A stretch of DNA of 64,000 nucleotides from Blastocatellia bacterium (lineage in GTDB: Bacteria; Acidobacteriota; Blastocatellia; Pyrinomonadales; Pyrinomonadaceae), in the NCBI GenBank assembly GCA_033856915.1, contig JAWVEB010000002.1, forward strand, positions 24,672-88,671, in the 5' to 3' direction. Below the pieces are notes generated by a model. It had not been told where the DNA came from, did no database searches, and worked only from the letters and a program-made list of their open reading frames with translations. Position 1 is the stretch's first letter, and each line of letters starts with the position of its first letter. Shown here piece by piece: positions 56,803-64,000 of this stretch. A program made the translations under genes and the position numbers.

Positions 56803-56850
56803 GGTGAGGTGATCGAGGTGCCAGTATGGGTCGTGGTACTGCTCGAAGTC

Positions 56851-57168
56851 TCAGACCTGGAATTCGCTATCCAAGTTGTCATTGAGAATGAGATCAATAC
56901 GATTGTGTAACTCATCAATATTCTCAAGGGCTAAAGCGACCATTTCCGCCGGAGCGCCCGATTGATCCTGCCTGACGCCGTACAGGATGACACCGCCGTC
57001 CGCATTTGCCATCGACGAGACGTCCTTGAGAAATTCAAATTTCCTGTCATCGCTTAGGGGCAGAAGCGCAAGTTTGTATTCGATCTGCGGCCCTTCCCGT
57101 ACAGCTCTCGTCTGAAGGTTTTCAATATCGGCGCAAGAGATTGACGCGATGTCTTCCAAGAGTCTCAT
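56851..57168 (-). pseudogene. truncated AlbA_2/Schlafen-type (divergent AAA_4) DNA-binding domain gene, only ~105 aa
   Basis: EGPQIEYKLAL...KFEFLKDVSSMANADGGVILYGV matches the E.K...AfANt.GG.l..GV pattern of AlbA_2 N-termini. Normal family members are 400+ aa. An in-frame stop sits at 56851, and no continuation is seen downstream. Confidence 0.5.
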
Positions 57169-57471
57169 ATTAATAGGCAGCGATTGGGCTCACAGGTCTA
57201 TCCCGCATGATAGCATTGCGCATTCTGGGGAAACAGGAATAGTCTAGGTCAGTTTCGGTCGGACACGGACCCATCAGAAACAGTTTAGGTCTATCGAAAA
57301 CTATGTGCCTCGCATCAAGAACAACTCACAGGTCCGTAGCAGGTCCGTTGGCTTAAAGAGGAGACCGAGCAAGGGCCACAAAAGTAGGACAGCGTAGGCC
57401 CGTCCAGCAGGTACATTAACGTTTCGATTTGCTGTAGTTGGAATGTCAATTTTAGCGATCTTGATTCGACC

Positions 57472-59163
57472 ATGAGACTTCAAAGAGTTGAAATCTCACA
57501 TCTCTGGAGCTTCGGCTCGGTAAACCCGGTCGTAGTTGATGAATTTGATAAGCTTAATGTCATTATTGGGAAGAACAATGTTGGAAAGTCTAACCTACTG
57601 AGGGCTATCAAGTGGATCAGAGAGGAGTTCGAGTGCTTTGGACAAGATTGGTTGAGCTACTCTTCGAAAAAGGCCTGCCATTACATTCCAAGTAAGGCGC
57701 AGACACTTGTAAAGCCCGCGTTACGCCTCACTTTCTCTCTTGATGTCCGCGATTGGGAAAGCATGACTTATCAAGGTTCCGTCGCGTCCCTCATTGAGAC
57801 GGATGTCGCAGCGTTGCAATGCAAAATCGATGTCGGTTTTCATCCCCCAGGAGGCACGGGAAGCCTGAAGGGACTTTTTGCAAATGTCCAACCTTACGAC
57901 GAGAAAAGGTTTCAGAACTGTTGTGAGAACACTGGCATCTCACAACAAGATGCGATGGACAGCCTCAGGAAAGCAGCTCTCAATCATATTATCGAGCGTT
58001 TGATCGTCTTGGATGGGTGGCGACGTTTGGCGGATCCTGTCGAATCGGATTCAAATTTCTACGAGTTTATGCACAATCTGAAAGCAGCTACTCTTGATGA
58101 GAACAGACACTATCAAATTTTTAGACACGTACAAGATTTTTTTTGCGAACTGACTTATCTGAAAGGAGCAGAAATCAATGTCCGCGAGGACAGGAAAGGG
58201 TTCAACGTAACCTTTAACGAAAGAACTCTTTCGTTATCAAATTTTGGCGATGGCATCTCTCATCTTCTGATGATAGCTGCAAAGGTTGCTCTTCACGATG
58301 GCTGCATAATATTAATCGAAGAGCCTGAGACGCACCTTCACCCCCATTTGCAACGCCACCTACTCCGCTTTCTTGCGACGCGACAAGCGCAGGTGGTCTT
58401 GACAACTCACTCGCCCACCCTGCTGGATACCAGTTTGGTCAACCGAATTATTCGGATCGAGAATAATGGAGATAACTCGATCGTCAGTGCCGTCAACACG
58501 CCTAAGAATATCTACGCCGTTCTCGATGATCTTGGCGCGCGCGCAAGCGACATTTTGCAGGCTAATGTTGTAATTTGGGTGGAAGGGCCGAGCGATCGAA
58601 TTTTTCTCAAGAGGTGCCTGGACTTTGCCAAAGAGTTCCAGGAGGGAATCCACTTTCAAATTGTTTGCTACGGAGGCGCGCTTCGATCTCACCTCACGGT
58701 TGATCAAAGGTTGGAGTCGTTAATAAACCTGCTCAGACTGTCACGGACTGCAATCATGGTTTGCGACAGCGATAGAAAAAAGGAAGGCGACCAAATAAAC
58801 GCGTCCAAGAAACGTCTTGAGCAAGAGTTCAAGCAAATCGGCGGAATGTACTGGATCACAGAGGGACGTGAGATTGAGAACTACATCAGAGACGAGGTTC
58901 TAACAAGGTCGTACAGGGGATTATTGAATGACGAGAACATTGAAATCAAACTGGATCAATACGAACAACTCGGACCGGTCATAAAAAAGCTCGGCAAGAA
59001 CCTTAAGAGAGGCGACAAATGGAAAGCGAACTACGATGCCCATAAAGTTGAGTTGATGAATCTTTTTGTGGAGAACATCCGGGTGGAGGAAGACTTGGAT
59101 CGGTATGACTTACGAAGTCGATTGGATGAAGTTAAGAGAGTGATCGCGCGAGCAAATAATTAA
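57472..59163 (+). CDS. OLD-family ATP-dependent nuclease (ABC-type ATPase + Toprim)
   Basis: The N-terminus is MRLQRVEISHLWSF...VIIGKNNVGKSNLLRAI (Walker A). It has ILIEEPETHLHPHLQ (Walker B / D-loop). The Toprim motifs are VIWVEGPSDRIFL and MVCDSDRK. Confidence 0.85.
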   Translation: MRLQRVEISHLWSFGSVNPVVVDEFDKLNVIIGKNNVGKSNLLRAIKWIREEFECFGQDWLSYSSKKACHYIPSKAQTLVKPALRLTFSLDVRDWESMTYQGSVASLIETDVAALQCKIDVGFHPPGGTGSLKGLFANVQPYDEKRFQNCCENTGISQQDAMDSLRKAALNHIIERLIVLDGWRRLADPVESDSNFYEFMHNLKAATLDENRHYQIFRHVQDFFCELTYLKGAEINVREDRKGFNVTFNERTLSLSNFGDGISHLLMIAAKVALHDGCIILIEEPETHLHPHLQRHLLRFLATRQAQVVLTTHSPTLLDTSLVNRIIRIENNGDNSIVSAVNTPKNIYAVLDDLGARASDILQANVVIWVEGPSDRIFLKRCLDFAKEFQEGIHFQIVCYGGALRSHLTVDQRLESLINLLRLSRTAIMVCDSDRKKEGDQINASKKRLEQEFKQIGGMYWITEGREIENYIRDEVLTRSYRGLLNDENIEIKLDQYEQLGPVIKKLGKNLKRGDKWKANYDAHKVELMNLFVENIRVEEDLDRYDLRSRLDEVKRVIARANN

Positions 59164-59182
59164 AGCAAGGTCTCGACAGAAC

Positions 59183-62100
59183 ATGACACAAGCATTTCAG
59201 TATGATGTGTTTATTAGCTACGGCTTCAAGGACAGAGTTGTAGTCTCTGAACTCGCTGAGCGGATGAAGGTTGATGGTTTCCGGGTTTGGTTAGCGGAGT
59301 GGGAGATTCAGCCCGGCGACGGAATAGCCGACAAAATCAATCAAGGCCTAGCTCTGTCACGCACACTAATATTAGCCACATCATCGAACATCGCAGAATT
59401 AGAATGGGTGACTTTTGAACGTCAAATAGCTCTCTTTACTGACCCATCTTCTCCGGATCGTCGATTTATCCTCTTGCGGTTAGATGATTCGAAGATCAAA
59501 GAATCGTTGAAGCAGTTCGCCTATGTAGACTGGCGACAGACGGCCCTTGAAGAGTACGCAAAACTTCGGGCGGTTTGCTCTGAGCCGAACGAAACGAACG
59601 ACGCGGAGGCGATAAAGCAACAGCGACCGCAATCAAATAGAATTCTCAGAGGGCATACCGAATACGTTGGGGCCGTCTCGATCACAGCAAACGGAAAGTT
59701 TGCTATCTCGGGCTCCGGTGACAAAACCGTGCGGGTCTGGGATGTCAGCACTGGCAAGTGTCTGAACGTCCTCAAAGGGCATACCGATTCAGTAAACGGA
59801 GTTGCTATAACACCTAACGGAAAGCGCGCGGTCTCCGGATCGAACGATCAAAGTCTACGCGTCTGGGATGTCAAAACCGGAGAGTGTCTTAAGGTCCTCA
59901 ACGGACATATTGGCCGCGTTTATGGAGTGGCAGTTAGCGCGGACGGTAGATACGCTGTGTCCGGCTCCAACGATAAGACTGTTCGCGTTTGGGATACCAG
60001 GACGGGCAAATGCCTTGCGACTCTCGAAGGGCATACAAGTGTAGTAAGTAGCGTTGCTATTACAGCCCCCGGGCAAATCGTTTCTGGCTCTGACGACAAA
60101 ACGCTCCGCGTTTGGGATGTGAACACAGGAAGTTGTATTGCAGTTCTTGAAGGTCATACCGGTCCCGTATTTGCAGTAGCTGTAACGGACGATGGGCGAC
60201 GGGCCATCTCCGGCTCGGGCGACAAGGATATGACTGTTAGAGTTTGGGACCTTCAAGTTGGCAAGTGTCTCGGAACGCTCGAGGGGCAAACTAGTCCGGT
60301 AAACGGAGTTGCCATAACACCGGATGGGCGGCGTGCCATATCCGGCTCGGATGACGATACGGTGGGAGTGTGGGACGTCGAAACGGGTAAGTGCCTCACC
60401 ATATTTAAGGGCCACGCCAATCCCGTGAATGGCGTCGCAGTGGCGGCAGATGGAAGATGCGCAGCTTCCGGCTCTGTCGACAAGACCGTTAGACTATGGA
60501 GACTTCCCCAGTATGACCACGAAGTTTCTGAACAGTTGACGACGACTCACTATACAAATGCGAAGGTACTTTTAGTAGGTGACAGTGGGGTAGGTAAGTC
60601 AGGATTGGCATATCGTCTCGCACAGAATCGATTTGTCTCAACGATTTCAACCGATGGCGTATGGGCCACACAACTGAAGCTTCCTCGAGAGGGGCGAAAT
60701 ACTACAGTCGAAAAAGAAATCTGGTTGTGGGATTTTGCTGGTCAAGCCGACTATAGATTAATCCACCAGCTTTTCATGGACGAAACTGCATTGGCCGTAC
60801 TCGTATTCGACCCCCAAAGTGAAAACCCATTCGCGGGTCTTGGTGAATGGGACCGCGATCTGCAAACGGCCGCACGGAGAACGTTTAAGAAATTATTGGT
60901 TGCCGGCCGATGTGATCGAGGCGGCCTGATTGTGAGTCGCGCCAGCATCGATCGTTTTCGTAAAGAGCGCAACTATACAAACTTTCTTGAAACCAGCGCC
61001 TACACTGGCGAGGGCTGCGACGAACTACTCACTGCCATAGTCCGTGGCATCCCTTGGGATGACGTTCCATGGACCGCCTCGCCCCGTATATTCAAACTTC
61101 TCAAGGACGAAATCATAAAGCTTAAAGACGAAGGGAAGGCGCTCCTTCGAATAACTGAGCTCAAACAGCAATTGGAAATGCGACTCTTAGGCGCGACATT
61201 TACGCTAGAGCAATTGCGGGCGGTGATAGGACTTTTGGCAGGGCCGGGGATTGTATGGCAATTGGAGTTCGGGGACTTCGTGCTTCTTCAACCCGAGCGT
61301 GCCAACTCGTATGCTGCAGCTGTGATTAGAAGGGTTCGCGCCCATACGGAAGAGATCGGCGTCATTCTTGAAGAGGACGTTCTGGCCGGGAGGCTAGACT
61401 ATCAGAATATGAAAAGACTGGCGCCAGATGACGAGCAAATCGTATTGCGAGCGATGCACCAGACATTTCTAGAACGCGGACTGTGCCTGCGCCAACCAAC
61501 TGAGAAAGGCGCGCTTTTGGTTTTCCCGTCGTATTTCAAGCGAGAGCGGCCGGAACTGGAAGGCCATCCCGCTGTCTTTGTGACTTACCGCTTCGAAGGC
61601 TCCAGCCAGCAAATCTATTCGACGTTAGTGGTGAAGTTACACCACACACTCGCGTTTGAGACGGATCAGCTTTGGCGGTTTGCTGCCGATTTCAGAACTC
61701 CAGCTGGCGCGCGCGTCGGTTTAAAGATGACTGAACTCACTGAGGGGACGGCGGAGATCGCAGTTTACTTTGAGCCGGGAGTCGCTGATGACATGAAGGT
61801 TACCTTTATTCGGTATGTTCATGATCATTTACAGACATATGCGCAAGACGTTAGGCGACTTCGACATTATGTTTGCCCACACTGCCATACGCCCGTCGAA
61901 AACCGTAACACAGCCGGTGAGCGCCTAAATCGCGGATTGGATAATATTCTCTGTGTTAACTGCGAGAAGCGTGTACCACTATGGGACTTAATTGAGCAAA
62001 AATTTGCGTCTGAAGAACTTCAGCGTGACGTCCTTAAGTTGAAAGAACAGGTTGAGAAAAAAATAGATAATGAGAGTAAGGAATTGATCTTAGTAGGTCA

Positions 62101-62500
62101 CGCTTTTGCAATCGCAGGAGAAGCTGGACAGATTTTTCGTCCAACGCCTAATTCTGATTGGGGAATTGACGGTGAGATAGAATTTAAGGATGACAAAGGC
62201 GAAGCGAGCGGGAAACGAGTTTATCTCCAACTCAAATCTGGTGACTCCAACATTTATAAACGGAAGACTGACGACAAAGAGATTTTCAGTATTAAGAAGC
62301 CGCGGCACACTGATTATTGGAAGGCTCAGGCTTATCCAGTAATGCTTGTGATTCGAACTGAGGATCGCCAAATCCGGTGGATGAACGTAACGGACTATCT
62401 CCGTCAGCATCCAAATACTCGGCAAATAGTTTTCGAAGGAGAGGCTTTCACGGCAACGGATGTTCTTAGACTGAGAGACAAATTGTTAAGGGAAGCATGA
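59183..62500 (+). CDS. multidomain TIR - 7x WD40 - Roc GTPase/COR - zinc ribbon - DUF4365 (PD-(D/E)xK-like) protein
   Basis: The TIR part is YDVFISYGFKDR...FRVWLAEWEIQPGD...LEWVTFE. Seven GH..V..VA....G..A.SGS.D.T.RVWD repeats follow. The Roc part is KVLLVGDSGVGKSGLAYRL, LWDFAGQADY and LLVAGRCD. The zinc ribbon is CPHCHTPV...CVNCEKRV. The tail is SDWGIDGEIEFKDDKGEASGKRVYLQLKSG. Confidence 0.85.
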   Translation: MTQAFQYDVFISYGFKDRVVVSELAERMKVDGFRVWLAEWEIQPGDGIADKINQGLALSRTLILATSSNIAELEWVTFERQIALFTDPSSPDRRFILLRLDDSKIKESLKQFAYVDWRQTALEEYAKLRAVCSEPNETNDAEAIKQQRPQSNRILRGHTEYVGAVSITANGKFAISGSGDKTVRVWDVSTGKCLNVLKGHTDSVNGVAITPNGKRAVSGSNDQSLRVWDVKTGECLKVLNGHIGRVYGVAVSADGRYAVSGSNDKTVRVWDTRTGKCLATLEGHTSVVSSVAITAPGQIVSGSDDKTLRVWDVNTGSCIAVLEGHTGPVFAVAVTDDGRRAISGSGDKDMTVRVWDLQVGKCLGTLEGQTSPVNGVAITPDGRRAISGSDDDTVGVWDVETGKCLTIFKGHANPVNGVAVAADGRCAASGSVDKTVRLWRLPQYDHEVSEQLTTTHYTNAKVLLVGDSGVGKSGLAYRLAQNRFVSTISTDGVWATQLKLPREGRNTTVEKEIWLWDFAGQADYRLIHQLFMDETALAVLVFDPQSENPFAGLGEWDRDLQTAARRTFKKLLVAGRCDRGGLIVSRASIDRFRKERNYTNFLETSAYTGEGCDELLTAIVRGIPWDDVPWTASPRIFKLLKDEIIKLKDEGKALLRITELKQQLEMRLLGATFTLEQLRAVIGLLAGPGIVWQLEFGDFVLLQPERANSYAAAVIRRVRAHTEEIGVILEEDVLAGRLDYQNMKRLAPDDEQIVLRAMHQTFLERGLCLRQPTEKGALLVFPSYFKRERPELEGHPAVFVTYRFEGSSQQIYSTLVVKLHHTLAFETDQLWRFAADFRTPAGARVGLKMTELTEGTAEIAVYFEPGVADDMKVTFIRYVHDHLQTYAQDVRRLRHYVCPHCHTPVENRNTAGERLNRGLDNILCVNCEKRVPLWDLIEQKFASEELQRDVLKLKEQVEKKIDNESKELILVGHAFAIAGEAGQIFRPTPNSDWGIDGEIEFKDDKGEASGKRVYLQLKSGDSNIYKRKTDDKEIFSIKKPRHTDYWKAQAYPVMLVIRTEDRQIRWMNVTDYLRQHPNTRQIVFEGEAFTATDVLRLRDKLLREA

Positions 62501-62559
62501 ACTCTCACGGCAAGGGTTTGTAGCCAGCCCCGCATTCGCTGTTATTCCGTAGAGGAAAT

Positions 62560-63339
62560 ATGAACACCTTGCGAAATTCAATCACGAGCGCATGGATCCG
62601 GGAGGTTCGCGACGGCTTGCGCAATCGTGGGTACTACTATGAGTCAGGATTTTGGCCCGATTCGGATAAATCATTGTTAGCCGTGGCTCAGTTGTTGGGC
62701 GAAATATACATCGTTGCAGGTACCAAAGAGCCGCTGCCTGTGATCAAGACTCAGCCTGCGCGCTCTGCTCCCCCATGGCGTCCCTTTGATCGCCCCGTTC
62801 CAATTCGATGGCACAACGACTTCTCAACGCGCGCGCGAAGGCCCGAACTGAGTTTGTCGTGGATTCAGAGAGAAGATCCGGCCGGGCCAAACAATGGCGC
62901 ATGGTGGGTTGCTTCCTCGGCAGCCGTTCTGGCGAAACTTTGTCAGGCCCGCGAGGGAAAGCGCGTGGCCGCTGACCTCAGACAACGAGCGCAACCGTTC
63001 GGCTATCGTGACGCAGGTAGCTGGCACCCGTTTCGTGTAATCGGCAGTGGGAATCGCGGATTTGGCAAGGATCGATTACGTTTCTATGGGCCGGCGCTCG
63101 AAGACGGCGCGTTGCTTCGTTTTGGCAATGTCCCTGAATACACCAAAGAAATTGTTTCACGAATCGAAGAAGCGGCCGATGCGGTTCGTGAGGTGCTACC
63201 AGCCACAACTGGATCACTTCTGATCGTTCACAATGGATTGAGTTTGCACGACAGATCACCTCAGACCGTGACTGGTCCGGCAAAGCGTCGGCGACAGGCG
63301 TTGCTCTGTTTCGTTAAGCGACTTCACCATCCACTGTGA
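62560..63339 (+). CDS. hypothetical protein, possibly Fe(II)/2-oxoglutarate (TauD/TfdA-like) dioxygenase fold
   Basis: A possible HxD (IRWHNDFS) and a distal His (LLIVHNGLSLHDRS) are present. The assignment is weak. Confidence 0.4.
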   Translation: MNTLRNSITSAWIREVRDGLRNRGYYYESGFWPDSDKSLLAVAQLLGEIYIVAGTKEPLPVIKTQPARSAPPWRPFDRPVPIRWHNDFSTRARRPELSLSWIQREDPAGPNNGAWWVASSAAVLAKLCQAREGKRVAADLRQRAQPFGYRDAGSWHPFRVIGSGNRGFGKDRLRFYGPALEDGALLRFGNVPEYTKEIVSRIEEAADAVREVLPATTGSLLIVHNGLSLHDRSPQTVTGPAKRRRQALLCFVKRLHHPL

Positions 63340-63361
63340 TGAGTTAAACTGACAAATGGAA

Positions 63362-64000
63362 TTAAGGGCGGACAGCCAGGAGAAAGACATTGATCGACTG
63401 GGCCAGGGGCTCGCCACGCCAGGAGTCAAAGAGTTCTACTTCTTGGAAACCAACTTGAGATGCCCAGGCCGCAACCTCATTTGCATCGGCGGCAGCGAGT
63501 TGGTGTTCTTCAAACAATAACTCTCCGCTGCTCTTACAACCATACACGTACTCTGCCCTCATCTCACCCGGACTCTCATTGACCTGATTGAAACGATAAA
63601 GAAACAAGACGTCATCCGGTTGTCCGTCAGGTCCGGGTTCTCGATCTTCTTTGAGCGCTCCCATAGCGTTAGGAGCATGCGCGATCTGAAGAATCAGTCG
63701 TCCTCCCGGCTTCAACGCTTTGAAGAAGCGAGTCAAAACGTCTGCAGCCTCAACGAAGGAACCCACATAGTTGAAGGACCAACTCAGGGAGATTATGCCA
63801 TCGTAGCTTTCGCATTCTTCTAACTCCTGCATTCGAGCGACACAGAGGCGATCCGCGCTTACACGCTTCGAGGCGATAGCTATCATTTCCGGGGAGATAT
63901 CAATTCCGGTGCCGTCGAAACCAGCATTAACGGCCTTTTCAAGAAAGACTCCTGTACCGCATCCGACGTCGAGAATGCGACAGGGAGGTCTAGGAAGACG
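63362..64000 (-). CDS. class I SAM-dependent methyltransferase; 5' end (N-terminus) outside the window
   Basis: The frame is open to the window edge. The minus-strand translation of 63887..64000 gives RILDVGCGTGVFLEKAVNAGFDGTGIDISPEMI (motif I). It continues ...FKALKPGGRLILQ (post-II/III). Confidence 0.8.
   Translation of the reverse strand, partial: RLPRPPCRILDVGCGTGVFLEKAVNAGFDGTGIDISPEMIAIASKRVSADRLCVARMQELEECESYDGIISLSWSFNYVGSFVEAADVLTRFFKALKPGGRLILQIAHAPNAMGALKEDREPGPDGQPDDVLFLYRFNQVNESPGEMRAEYVYGCKSSGELLFEEHQLAAADANEVAAWASQVGFQEVELFDSWRGEPLAQSINVFLLAVRP

Noticed and set aside
59651-60548. Periodic ~126-nt nucleotide repeats
   Set aside because: They are the seven in-frame WD40 blades of the TIR-ROCO protein, not a non-coding tandem repeat or array.
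1-64000. CRISPR arrays, rRNA genes, intact tRNA genes
   Set aside because: I found no regularly spaced short direct repeats with unique spacers. Nothing resembles 16S/23S/5S. The only tRNA-like sequences are two 3' fragments without 5' halves.

Overview
The window looks like a soil Gram-negative chromosome. My guess is Acidobacteriota-like, based on gene content only. There are no rRNA genes, no intact tRNA and no CRISPR array. The left ~28 kb is ordinary chromosome. It holds two CRTAC1-like FG-GAP/ASPIC proteins with a TPR partner, a decayed ppc fragment and a large kdp potassium-uptake regulon. The main kdp operon is porin, small peptide, kdpF, kdpA, kdpB, kdpC and a stand-alone KdpD N-terminal sensor. 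About 11 kb away lie the kinase half of kdpD and kdpE, separated from the operon by an APC permease-USP fusion and three paralogous genes of unknown function. An ECF sigma / anti-sigma / TPR-CHAT protease module follows. From ~28.4 kb the content becomes accessory. Two diverged ~135-bp direct repeats, each starting with a tRNA-Val 3' fragment, bracket a ~1180-aa secreted MBL-fold fusion protein. After a gene-poor junction comes a ~30-kb stretch that reads like a conflict/defence island, with three parts. (i) A plus-strand set: unknown ORF, Cas4/TM0106-type nuclease, thermolysin-like HExxH peptidase, MBL hydrolase. (ii) A ten-gene minus-strand cluster at 40.4-56.6 kb. It combines two non-housekeeping Hsp70s (one fused to vWA), a GrpE-like exchange factor, two tandem paralogous J-like/zinc-ribbon proteins (one ending in a class III nucleotidyl cyclase, one in beta-rich repeats), two zinc-ribbon P-loop GTPases (one membrane-anchored with an SH3b tail), a GAP1-like helical protein, a small membrane protein and an unannotated 55-aa DnaJ-type CxxCxGxG zinc-finger peptide. 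(iii) An OLD-family nuclease next to a TIR-WD40-Roc/COR-zinc ribbon-DUF4365 giant. The Hsp70/GTPase/cyclase cluster is my top candidate for an uncharacterised system. All calls rest on motifs read by eye from the translations. No database search was run.
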